Assembly (NCBI RefSeq): GCF_000175255.2
Contig: NC_017262.1
Coordinates: 1,260,001 to 1,292,000 of the forward strand
Direction of reading: 5' to 3'
Origin: Zymomonas mobilis subsp. mobilis ATCC 10988
Lineage (GTDB): Bacteria > Pseudomonadota > Alphaproteobacteria > Sphingomonadales > Sphingomonadaceae
Length of the DNA stretch: 32,000 nt
The position numbers were made by a program, and so were the translations under genes. Shown here piece by piece: positions 17,437 to 26,120 of this stretch (positions within the stretch are counted from its first letter, which is position 1; each line of letters opens with the position of its first letter). The notes under the pieces are model-generated. The model was not told the DNA's origin. It saw only the letters and a list, made by a program, of their open reading frames with translations, and made no database searches.

Positions 17437-18283
17437 GGCTCAGGACTCATTCTTTGAGATAGAAGATGAAACTTGCTGCGATATGGATTGCTGACATGAA
17501 TATGTGAGCGCACCGGTCGTATCGTGTTGCGACACGCCGCCAGTCTTTGAGCTTTGCGAACATATTTTCGATGAGGTGACGCTTTTTATACAGATGCCAG
17601 TCGTAAGGCGGCTTTGATTTCCGGTTCTTCTTCGGCGGAATACAGGCGGTGATATTCCGGTCTGCGAGAGACTGTCTGATTTTATTACTGTCGTATCCCC
17701 GGTCCCCGAGAATTTCTTGTGTTTCTTCCGGCAGATTTGCCAGCAGAACATCCGCGCCTTTGAAGTCACTGACCTGACCTGCGGTCAGATGCAGCCGGAC
17801 AGGGCGGCCCTGACTATCGCATACAGCGTGAAGCTTTGAGTTCAGTCCGCCTTTCGTGCGTCCGATATGGCGGGGAAAAGCCCCTTTTTGAGCAGGGAGG
17901 CCGCTGTCCGGTGTGCTTTCAGATGTGTTGCATCGATCATCAGACGCTTCGAACGGCCTGCCTGCTCCGTCAGGGCGACGAAGATCCGGTCAAAGACACC
18001 CAGGCGGCTCCACCGGATAAACCGGTTGTATAAAGTCTTGTGCGGGCCATACGCTTTCGGGGCGTCTTTCCACTGAAGGCCGTTGCGGATCACGTAAACG
18101 ATCCCGCTCAGGACACGACGGTCATCGACACGCGGCACACCATGCGCCAGTGGAAAAAACGGCTTAATCCGTTCCATCTGGTGCTCAGACAGCAAAAACA
18201 CGTCACTTACAGCTTCACCTCCATCGGTAAACCTGTGAATCACAACAGCCCGCTCAACTCAAGAAATTAACAGGTCCTGAGCC
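17437..18283 (-). mobile_element. IS5-family insertion sequence (IS427-group-like), copy 2, ~847 bp, a different element from copy 1
   Basis: The terminal inverted repeat is GGCTCAGGAC at both ends. The element is flanked by CTAG on both sides (17434-17437 and 18283-18286), so the duplication is TA or CTAG. It carries a frameshifted two-ORF transposase. Confidence 0.85.
17447..18243 (-). CDS. IS5/IS427-type transposase OrfAB (programmed -1 frameshift)
   Basis: orfA starts at GTG 18243 or GTG 18201 (FLLSEHQMERIKPFFP...LQWKDAPKAYGPHKTLYNRFIRWSRLGVF...IDATHLKAH). The orfB frame has no ATG and so is absent from the ORF track: KGGLNSKLHAVCDSQGRPVRLHLTAGQVSDF...LGDRGYDSNKIRQSL...YKKRHLIENMFAKLKDWRRVATRYDR, with stop TGA at 17449-17447. 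The shift site is CTCAAAAAGGGG at 17881-17892. Confidence 0.8.
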
Positions 18284-18480
18284 TAGAAGAATTGGCACCC
18301 TTAATTGATGAGTCCAATGCGGTTAATGGGGAATTATCTACCGATGATTTCCATCTCTTCGCTTTTCTGCGCAGTCTGTCGATAGTCAAAAATGTCTATT
18401 ATCCAGTCGAGGTTGCCACCTATCTTCAGGCGATGTCAAAAGCATCAAAAATTGGTCTTCTCGATCAATTTGCAGTGTAG
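18284..18480 (+). pseudogene. grxB: Glutaredoxin 2, 3' portion
   Basis: EELAPLIDESNAVNGELSTDDFHLFAFLRSLSIVKNVYYP compares with remembered E. coli GrxB LIVKPNAVNGELSEDDIQLFPLLRNLTLVAGINWP. It is in frame with the 5' part once the IS is removed. Confidence 0.8.
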
Positions 18481-18532
18481 ATTTAATGGCAATAACTAAA
18501 AAACAACAAATCTTTTGTTATTTTATGAATCT

Positions 18533-20839
18533 TTACAAGGAGACAAACTGCGAAAGTAATTTTTTGATGCCGACATCCTTATCGTGAAATTCGACCGTTA
18601 CCTTGTCCCCATCCACTTCATTGACGACACCCTGACCAAATTTAGCATGTTTTACCGTGTCGCCAATCTTATATTGAGGGCTGTCCTTCTTCTTTAATGG
18701 ATGGCTAACCGCAGGAGAGGGCGAAGCGGCCGCTTTTTGCGCCCTTTGCCAACCTGCACCCCGACGACTAGCTAATTGCCATGGCGGCGTAATAGCTTCT
18801 TTTGCAGAATTATAAGCCGGATTTTTGGATCTATCTTCTGCCCATATGTCACGCCATATAGGGGCCTTTTTTCGAAGAAGTGATTTCTCATCTATATGGT
18901 CGTCTGGTAACTCGCTGATAAAACGCGAAGGTGTCGAAGCTATCCACTGACCATAAACTCTGCGATTGGCCGCGTGAAAAATGGTGCAGCATTTCTTGGC
19001 ACGGGTAATACCGACATAGGCCAAGCGTCTTTCTTCTTCCAGACTGTTGAGGCCACCTTCATCTAATGACCGCTGCGATGGAAAAACGCCTTCTTCCCAC
19101 CCGGGTAAAAAGACATGGTCAAATTCCAAGCCTTTGGCGGCATGCATCGTCATAAGGGTGATTTTATCATCTATCGGATCGTTTTCATGATCCATGACCA
19201 AGCTGACATGCTCAAGAAAGCTGCCAAGGTCATCATATTCTTCCATTGCACGCGCTAATTCGGTCAGATTTTCCAACCGCCCCGCAGATTGGACATCATT
19301 CACGGCGCGAAGCATCGCCTTATAGCCGGATTCATCCAACATTTTTCGGGTAACATCCGCATGGCTGACGACGGACAGGCTTTTTCGCCATTCAGAAAAA
19401 TCGTTCATTAACTGGCCAAGCGACTGGGTTATTTTGCTTCCCAGTGTTTTTTCTGAAACCAGTTTTTCAGCAGCCTCGGCTAAGGGAATGCGATCGAGAA
19501 AAGCCGCTTGATAAAGCTTTTCCATCGCCTTTTTGCCAATACCGCGTTTCGGCACATTAACAATACGTTCAAAGGCAAGATCGTCTGTCGGTTGGGCAAT
19601 AACTCGAAGATAGGCCAAGGCATCCCTTATTTCCGCTCTTTCATAAAAACGGAAGCCACCGATAATACGATAGGGGAGGTTCTTTGCTATAAAAATATCT
19701 TCAAATTCGCGGCTTTGAAATTGGGCGCGAATAAGAATTGCCATCTTGTTCAGGGGAATATTGGCACGCCTCAGATTTTGGACATCGGCAACAAGTTGCC
19801 TTGCCTCTTCTGCGCCATCCCAAACGCCTATAATTTTGACTTTTTCGCCCTGATCCCTTTCCGTCCACAAGGTTTTCCCAAGGCGAGCATTATTATGGGT
19901 AATCAGCCCTGATGCCGCACCGAGAATCTGCGGTGTTGATCGATAATTATGTTCCAGACGGATAATCTTTGCGCCCGGAAAATCTTCCTCAAAACGAAGA
20001 ATATTGGCGACTTCAGCACCCCGCCAGCTATAGATAGACTGGTCATCATCGCCAACACAGCAAATATTCCGGTTTTTCTGGGCTAATAACCTTAACCACA
20101 AATATTGTGCCTGATTGGTATCCTGATATTCATCTACCATGATATAGCGGAAACGATCATGATAGCTGTCCAGAACCTCTCGATGCTGGGTCAAAATAAC
20201 CAGCATATGCAAAAGCAGATCGCCAAAATCGCAGGCATTCAGGCTTAACAGTCTTTTTTGATAGGCCAGATAAAGCGCCGCACCTTGACCATCAGCAAAG
20301 CTATCTTCTTCTTTCCCTGCAATTTTATCGGGTGTTAAACCCCGATTTTTCCAACGGTCAATAATGCCTGCCAATTGTTTGGCTGGCCATTGTTTTTCAT
20401 CAATGCCTTGCCCTTGGATAAGCTGTTTCAAAAGCCGAATTTGATCGTCAGTATCAAGAATAATAAAATCGGATTTTAACCCGACTAATTCGGCATGACG
20501 GCGCAGCATTTTCGCTGCGATGGAATGAAATGTGCCCAACCAAGGCATGTTTTCTGCCTGACTGCCCAGCAAATCACCTACCCGCATTTGCATTTCGCGG
20601 GCCGCCTTATTGGTAAAGGTCACCGCCAAGATTTGCGAAGGCCATGCTTTCAGGGTTTCGACCAAATAAGCCAGCCTTGCTGTTAAAGCGGCCGTTTTAC
20701 CCGTTCCTGCCCCTGCCAGAACCAAAAGGGCGCCTTCTGTCGTCCTGACAACCTCTTTCTGTTCAGGATTGAGGCGTGCCAGATAATCAGGTTCTGGTGG
20801 GGTTTCGGCTGAAAAAGATGAATACAAGGAGTCAGTCAC
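18533..20839 (-). CDS. uvrD: ATP-dependent DNA helicase II (UvrD/PcrA family)
   Basis: 768 aa with AGAGTGKT, DEYQDTN, TFHSIAA and TMHAAKGLEF motifs and a C-terminal KFGQGVV Tudor-like tail. Confidence 0.9.
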   Translation of the reverse strand: MTDSLYSSFSAETPPEPDYLARLNPEQKEVVRTTEGALLVLAGAGTGKTAALTARLAYLVETLKAWPSQILAVTFTNKAAREMQMRVGDLLGSQAENMPWLGTFHSIAAKMLRRHAELVGLKSDFIILDTDDQIRLLKQLIQGQGIDEKQWPAKQLAGIIDRWKNRGLTPDKIAGKEEDSFADGQGAALYLAYQKRLLSLNACDFGDLLLHMLVILTQHREVLDSYHDRFRYIMVDEYQDTNQAQYLWLRLLAQKNRNICCVGDDDQSIYSWRGAEVANILRFEEDFPGAKIIRLEHNYRSTPQILGAASGLITHNNARLGKTLWTERDQGEKVKIIGVWDGAEEARQLVADVQNLRRANIPLNKMAILIRAQFQSREFEDIFIAKNLPYRIIGGFRFYERAEIRDALAYLRVIAQPTDDLAFERIVNVPKRGIGKKAMEKLYQAAFLDRIPLAEAAEKLVSEKTLGSKITQSLGQLMNDFSEWRKSLSVVSHADVTRKMLDESGYKAMLRAVNDVQSAGRLENLTELARAMEEYDDLGSFLEHVSLVMDHENDPIDDKITLMTMHAAKGLEFDHVFLPGWEEGVFPSQRSLDEGGLNSLEEERRLAYVGITRAKKCCTIFHAANRRVYGQWIASTPSRFISELPDDHIDEKSLLRKKAPIWRDIWAEDRSKNPAYNSAKEAITPPWQLASRRGAGWQRAQKAAASPSPAVSHPLKKKDSPQYKIGDTVKHAKFGQGVVNEVDGDKVTVEFHDKDVGIKKLLSQFVSL

Positions 20840-20902
20840 TTCGTTAAATTACGCCTAGAAAACTTTATCAGCAAGGGATGAGGCAAAGGAATTCCATAGG
20901 AA

Positions 20903-21454
20903 TTAAGATTCCGCTACTCTCCGAAGTAAGGTGACACGGGATTTGCCATATGTCCTTTCGGCTTCAACCACCCAACCTCCGGCAGAGGTTGTCTCTTGCT
21001 TGGCTGTTTCAATACTTGCCCATGCGGAGGGTGATGCCCAGCCCAGACGGGTCAGTTTTTCTAATAAAGCACCCGCTCCACCACTGTTATAGGGGGGATC
21101 AAAAAGCAAAAGATCAAAAGGCTGCGAAATCGGCGCGAGGGAAGAAACAGGCTGCGCCATTAAACGGGTGTCCGCTTGTGCGCCCATTTTTTCTATATTG
21201 CTCTTCAATATTTTACAGGCTTCGGGGTCTTGCTCAACAAACAGGCTAAAGGCCGCCCCGCGCGACAGACTTTCTAGACCAAGCGCCCCCGTTCCGGCAA
21301 AAATATCGGCTACTCGTAGGGATTCGAGTGATCCCATACGACTTTCTAACATCGAAAACAGCGCTTCGCGGGCGCGGTCACTGGTCGGGCGGGTCGTGTC
21401 GCTATTGGGTGTTTTTAAACTGCGTCCCCGCCATTTTCCGGCAATAATTCTCAT
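20903..21454 (-). CDS. rsmD: 16S rRNA (guanine966-N2)-methyltransferase
   Basis: MRIIAGKWRGRSLKTP...TRPTSDRAREALF...DIFAGTGALGLE...FDPPY is the canonical RsmD pattern. Confidence 0.85.
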   Translation of the reverse strand: MRIIAGKWRGRSLKTPNSDTTRPTSDRAREALFSMLESRMGSLESLRVADIFAGTGALGLESLSRGAAFSLFVEQDPEACKILKSNIEKMGAQADTRLMAQPVSSLAPISQPFDLLLFDPPYNSGGAGALLEKLTRLGWASPSAWASIETAKQETTSAGGWVVEAERTYGKSRVTLLRRVAES

Positions 21455-21470
21455 TGTGAAAAATTATCCT

Positions 21471-23003
21471 CTAAGACATTTCAGGCAGAGTGTTCTTAAA
21501 AGCTTTTAAGGTCGCAGGATCAACCTCTTCAACCGCCCCAACCGGTAAATCTCCGAGAAGGAAAGGGCCATAGCTGATACGGATCAAGCGCGAAACTTGT
21601 AATCCCAGATAACCCAATACACGGCGAACTTCACGATTGCGGCCTTCATGCAGCTTCATTTCGACCCAGCCATTCCGACCCGTCCGGCGTTCCAAATTGG
21701 CATCAATCGAACCATAATGAATCCCGTCGATAGTGACGCCTTCGATCAACTCTTCCAATTGATCTTGGGAAACATCACCGAAAACACGAGCGCGATAGCA
21801 ACGTTCGATGTGGGTGGCCGGTAATTCCAGCATCCGCTTGAATCCGCCATCGGTTGTCAGAAGTAACAAGCCTTCTGTATTCATATCCAATCGACCGACC
21901 GGCATAACCCTTGGCAAATCTGCGGGCAGGCGATCGTAAATCGTCTTGCGTCCCTCGGGGTCGCGTTCAGTAGTCAATAAGCCGGTAGCTTTATGATATA
22001 AAAAGAGCCGCGTTTCTGTCGGTGCATTGACCGGTTTGCCGTCAACCGTGACACCGTCAAGCGAGGTCAACAAGGTGGCGGGTTTTTCAACCGTCACGCC
22101 ATCAATGGCAATACGGCCTTCTTCGATCATGGCTTCAATCATGCGGCGGCTGGCAATACCTGCCCGTGATAACAATTTGGCGATACGTTGTTCGCCATGT
22201 TCACGCGGTATCCGCGCCGAAGCCGGCTCACTTGCCCCTTTTTTTCTGAAAGGGCGGGCATTCGGTGAATAAGACGGATTAACGGCAAGATTGCGATTAT
22301 AGCCTTGCCTTTCAGAACGCCTGTCGTTTCTTTCTCCCGCATAACCATAATTACGCGAAGCATTTTCAGAAAAACGGTTATCAGACCTAGTATTTTGATA
22401 GCCAGCATTGCGCGAAAAACGGTCGGAACGATCGGATGGCTCACGAGAAAAGCGCGAAGGACGGTTCTCGTTATTCCGCATTTCACCTTTTCGATTTGGG
22501 AAAGGTCTTTCTCCACGTGGGGAGTCAGTGCGCGGATAGTCATTCCGTGAGAAACGATCGCCAGCTTCCTTGCGGTAACCATAAGAATTATCTGTTTTTC
22601 TATCGCCAGAATAGCGGCTTTGCGCTGGCTTTTGGTCACGGAAAGAACGCGGTCTTTCTGAAAAATCTTGTCTTTGGTTGTTCCGCTGGAAACGGTCATT
22701 TGAATCTGGGCGATTGTGACGCGAAAAACGGTCGTTTTCTTGCCGATCCTGCCGTGCTTTTAGAGGCGCTCTATCCTGACGCGATCTGTTGTCAGAATAG
22801 CCTGCGGCCTTTTTATAAGGCTTATCTTTGCGAGCAGAAGAATCAAAATGCCGAAAGGAAGTATTGTCTTCCTTCTTTTTATCAAAAGAAGGGCGTAACG
22901 TTTTTTGTGATCTATTATTTTCTGAAGTCGTTTGGGAGCGAGCCGGATTTCTAGATGACGGAGACCGGCCTTTGCCGGATTTCGGGGGGCGATTGAAAAC
23001 CAT
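21471..23003 (-). CDS. rluB: 23S rRNA pseudouridine synthase RluB-type (S4 domain + RsuA/RluB catalytic domain) with a long disordered N-terminal extension
   Basis: The C-terminal ~240 aa are collinear with remembered E. coli RluB (RIAKLLSRAGIASRR, GRLDMNTEGLLLLTTDG, EGRNREVRR). The N-terminal ~270 aa are low-complexity and rich in R/S/N/D. Confidence 0.8.
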   Translation of the reverse strand: MVFNRPPKSGKGRSPSSRNPARSQTTSENNRSQKTLRPSFDKKKEDNTSFRHFDSSARKDKPYKKAAGYSDNRSRQDRAPLKARQDRQENDRFSRHNRPDSNDRFQRNNQRQDFSERPRSFRDQKPAQSRYSGDRKTDNSYGYRKEAGDRFSRNDYPRTDSPRGERPFPNRKGEMRNNENRPSRFSREPSDRSDRFSRNAGYQNTRSDNRFSENASRNYGYAGERNDRRSERQGYNRNLAVNPSYSPNARPFRKKGASEPASARIPREHGEQRIAKLLSRAGIASRRMIEAMIEEGRIAIDGVTVEKPATLLTSLDGVTVDGKPVNAPTETRLFLYHKATGLLTTERDPEGRKTIYDRLPADLPRVMPVGRLDMNTEGLLLLTTDGGFKRMLELPATHIERCYRARVFGDVSQDQLEELIEGVTIDGIHYGSIDANLERRTGRNGWVEMKLHEGRNREVRRVLGYLGLQVSRLIRISYGPFLLGDLPVGAVEEVDPATLKAFKNTLPEMS

Positions 23004-23097
23004 AAGTCCTTATCTGGTTGAATGCTTGGCCGTAGCAAGAGGCGTGGAATACCGGAAACAGCCATAGGCGAATCACAGCTTCTGTCAAACAACCATC

Positions 23098-23128
23098 TAT
23101 AGCCTGACCTGTCACAGGTCAGGCTATA
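23098..23128. terminator. Perfect 14-bp-stem hairpin between the symporter gene and rluB (terminator-like but without a U tail)
   Basis: TATAGCCTGACCTG - TCA - CAGGTCAGGCTATA. The A/T run lies on the wrong side for either strand. Confidence 0.35.
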
Positions 23129-23141
23129 AAAAATGAAAAAT

Positions 23142-24422
23142 TTATTCAGCCCCTATTTTTGCAATTTCCTCTTTGCTGGGGATTTTCAGTTCACCTTCCC
23201 AATTGGCAACAACCATGCTCGCGGCAGCGTTACCAATAACATTGGTGGCAGAACGTCCCATGTCGAGGAAGTGATCCACGGCCAAAATAAGGGAAATACC
23301 GGCTTCTGGGATCTGCATAAAAGAAAGGGCAGAAGCGATAACGATCAAACTGGCGCGCGGCACACCGGCAATACCTTTTGAGGTAATCATCAACAAAAGA
23401 AGCATGATGATCTGTTGCCCCATTGGCGGATGAATATTGTAAGATTGTGCAATAAACATCGTGGCAAAGGTGCAATAAACCATGGTGCCATCAAGGTTGA
23501 ATGAATAACCCAATGGTAAAACAAATCCGGCGATCCGAGGCGGCACACCAAAATTTTCCAGCGCTTCCAAAGTCGGCGGCAAGGAGGCTTCGGAAGAAGA
23601 TGTCGTAAAGGCAATCAGCGCTGGCGCTTTCAACAGCGGTATAATGTTAAGCGCACCTTTCCCGACAACCAATCGCGTTGCGAGGAGGATAACACCCCAA
23701 AGAACAGCCAAACCAAGGTAAAAGCTGCCAATAAAATAACCATAGGTCAGAATAATGCCAAAACCGCGTTGAGCAATGACCGATGTCACCGCCGCAAAAA
23801 CGGCAAAAGGCGCAAACCACATGACATAATTGGTCACTTTAAGCATCACATGGGACAGGCTTTCGATACCCCGCAAAATAGGTCTTGCCTTTTTACCCTG
23901 CGAACCCAGCCCCAAACCGAAAAAGACCGAAAAGATAACAATCTGTAAGATTTCGTTATGCGCCATGGCATCAACGACAGATTGCGGCACCAAATGGTTG
24001 ATAAAATCTTTTAACGAAAAGACAGGGGCGGATGAGGCAACAGGATTTGCAGAAGCCGCAGGCGGCACAAAATTCAAGCCATCACCGGGTCTAAGAATAT
24101 TAACAAGCAAAAGCCCCAAGGCCAGCGAGACCAAACTTGCCCCGATAAACCAGCACATGGTTCTAAGACCAATACGGCCTAATTCTTTGCCATCCCCCAT
24201 ATGGGCGATACCGGTAACCAATGTGGCAAAGACCAAAGGGGAAAGGATCATTTTGATCAGTTTCAAGAAAATTACCGTCAATAACGACAGATAATTTTCT
24301 ACCAGATAGTCAATCCAGCTTTTGTCATGGATAGTCAAATTCATAATCGCGCCAATAATCAAGCCTGCGATCAAGGCTACGACTATCCAAAAGGTGAGCC
24401 TTTTTGCCACTCTCTTCTCCAA
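23142..24422 (-). CDS. Dicarboxylate/amino acid:cation symporter (DAACS family, GltP/DctA-like)
   Basis: 426 aa with SSSEASLP, PLGYSFNLDGT and KGIAGVP motifs characteristic of the family. Confidence 0.85.
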   Translation of the reverse strand: MEKRVAKRLTFWIVVALIAGLIIGAIMNLTIHDKSWIDYLVENYLSLLTVIFLKLIKMILSPLVFATLVTGIAHMGDGKELGRIGLRTMCWFIGASLVSLALGLLLVNILRPGDGLNFVPPAASANPVASSAPVFSLKDFINHLVPQSVVDAMAHNEILQIVIFSVFFGLGLGSQGKKARPILRGIESLSHVMLKVTNYVMWFAPFAVFAAVTSVIAQRGFGIILTYGYFIGSFYLGLAVLWGVILLATRLVVGKGALNIIPLLKAPALIAFTTSSSEASLPPTLEALENFGVPPRIAGFVLPLGYSFNLDGTMVYCTFATMFIAQSYNIHPPMGQQIIMLLLLMITSKGIAGVPRASLIVIASALSFMQIPEAGISLILAVDHFLDMGRSATNVIGNAAASMVVANWEGELKIPSKEEIAKIGAE

Positions 24423-24584
24423 AAATATAATTTCAATATTTTGAATAAAATTAAATGTTTAATTTTATTTTTCAAACAGAAAAATTTTTAAATTCCACTA
24501 ATTTAGAGCAATAATTTAACTTGAATACAAGATAGAAGAAATTCCCTATCGGAAATTGATATGATTGTGTTTTTTAACCAAAAT

Positions 24585-24610
24585 ATTTCCTTTAGGAAGG
24601 AAATTTTTTT
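24585..24610 (+). terminator. Orphan terminator-like hairpin in the divergent intergenic region
   Basis: ATTTCCTT - TAGG - AAGGAAAT, with a T7 run spanning 24604-24610. Confidence 0.3.
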
Positions 24611-24795
24611 ATAAAACTAAAAATTATTTTTTTATTTTTGCAAATAAACAAAATTCTTTTAAAGAAGACGGCTCGATATTTTCTATTTCAAAGTCATCCC
24701 TTCCGATATGGATGTTCGTTACAATTCCGGCTAAGGCTATGCCGTAAGCAGACATAATCTGATATTTTAGCAGGAAACAAGCCATTCATAAGAGA

Positions 24796-26100
24796 ATGAA
24801 GGATTGGGCGCAACGTATTGCAAATACCTTTATGCCCTATTTTGAGAAAGCATCCCTTGCGGCATTTTTTCTCGGTATTGCAAGCGGTATACCATACACT
24901 TTACTCGCTGCAACCTTGACGCATAGATTGTCAGATGCGGGGATTGATAAAAAATCAATATCGGCTTTTGCCCTAACTTTGTTGATGTATAGCCTGAAAT
25001 GGTTGTGGGCGCCTTTAATCGACCGTTGTCCAATCCCTTTCCTCACAAAAATGATCGGGCAAAGACGCGCTTGGCTCTGGGTGAGTGGAATTCTAACGGC
25101 CTTTGCTATCGTGATGCTCGGCATAGCTGATCCTTATAGAAATCTGGAACAAGTCGTTTTCTGGGCGATTTTCTTAGGCTTCTGTGGAGCAACAGCAGAC
25201 ATCACTTTAGATGCCTATCGTATTGAATTATTAGATCCGTCCCGTTTAGGTGTCGGATCAGGATTATCTCAATATGGGTGGCGTATTGGGTCTTTTCTGG
25301 CCAGCTCAGGCGTCTTGCTGCTCGCTGATAAATGGAATTGGCATATCGGATATATTGCCTGCGCACCTTTTGTCCTGATTGCCCCGATAACCTCTATTTT
25401 TATGGGCGAGCCTAACCAATATCGCGAGCCAGAGCCTTTAAAAACGCCCAGCGATATGGTTGCAGCCTTTATCAATCCTCTGCGTGATTTTTTGCAACGG
25501 CAAGGCGCTTGGATGGTTCTACTCTTCATCCTTCTTCATAAAGTCGGGGATACAATGGCCAATCTGATGCTTCGCAATCTGTTGGTTAGCCTCGGTTTCA
25601 CAAAGCAGGAAATATTATTAGGCGATGTCAATATCGGCTTTTTTGCGCTTTTAGCCGGTATTTTTGCCGGCGGCATTCTCTTTGTCCGTATGGGGATGAA
25701 GCGTTCTGTTCTGCTAAGTCTTGTGTTAATGGCTATATCGAATGTGAGCTTCGCTATTTTGGCGGCTTGTGGGCATTCAATGCCAATGCTAATTTTTGCC
25801 GTTGGCTTTGAAAATTTTTCAAGCGGTATCGGCGGCGTGACCATTGTCGCTTATTTATCTGCGCTATGCAGCCTTCGCTTTACAGCAACACAATTCGCCT
25901 TATTGAGCGCTTTAGCGGGTGTCTTGGGGCGTTTCCTGACTGGCACCACAGCAGGGGCGCTAATAGAAGCCATGGGCTACGTGAATTATTATATTCTGAC
26001 GACCGTGATCGCCTTACCCAGTATCCTGCTTTACGCTTTTATGATGCGGTCTGGAATGGTTGATCGCTCGATAAGCGAAACGGAAGGCTATCAAAAATAG
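24796..26100 (+). CDS. ampG: AmpG-family muropeptide MFS permease
   Basis: LGIASGIPYTLLAATL..., SLKWLWAPLIDR and FTATQFALLSALAGV match remembered AmpG signatures. Confidence 0.8.
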   Translation: MKDWAQRIANTFMPYFEKASLAAFFLGIASGIPYTLLAATLTHRLSDAGIDKKSISAFALTLLMYSLKWLWAPLIDRCPIPFLTKMIGQRRAWLWVSGILTAFAIVMLGIADPYRNLEQVVFWAIFLGFCGATADITLDAYRIELLDPSRLGVGSGLSQYGWRIGSFLASSGVLLLADKWNWHIGYIACAPFVLIAPITSIFMGEPNQYREPEPLKTPSDMVAAFINPLRDFLQRQGAWMVLLFILLHKVGDTMANLMLRNLLVSLGFTKQEILLGDVNIGFFALLAGIFAGGILFVRMGMKRSVLLSLVLMAISNVSFAILAACGHSMPMLIFAVGFENFSSGIGGVTIVAYLSALCSLRFTATQFALLSALAGVLGRFLTGTTAGALIEAMGYVNYYILTTVIALPSILLYAFMMRSGMVDRSISETEGYQK

Positions 26101-26120
26101 CCTCCCATGATAGTAAATTC

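Noticed and set aside
17440-17769. 109-aa track ORF (MTSKARMFCWQICRKKHKK...) inside IS copy 2
   Set aside because: It is the wrong frame. The overlapping ATG-less frame encodes a clean DDE transposase C-terminus (LGDRGYDSN...YKKRHLIENMFAKLKDWRRVATRYDR).
18292-18480. 62-aa ORF treated as an independent small gene
   Set aside because: It is the C-terminal part of grxB, displaced by the IS. Its TTG 'start' is an internal Leu codon.
18533-20839. UvrD-family helicase next to an IS, considered as part of a defence or mobile-element module
   Set aside because: It is a full-length canonical UvrD with all helicase motifs and housekeeping neighbours (rsmD, rluB). No nuclease or partner genes are present.
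22139-22699. 186-aa and 172-aa ORFs overlapping the rluB N-terminal region on both strands
   Set aside because: They are shadow ORFs caused by the biased, repeat-rich composition of the RluB extension. The rluB frame is continuous with the catalytic domain.
24565-24747. 60-aa ORF in the AT-rich divergent region upstream of ampG
   Set aside because: It is a low-complexity F/K/I-rich translation of AT-rich DNA, starts without an RBS, and spans the terminator-like hairpin.
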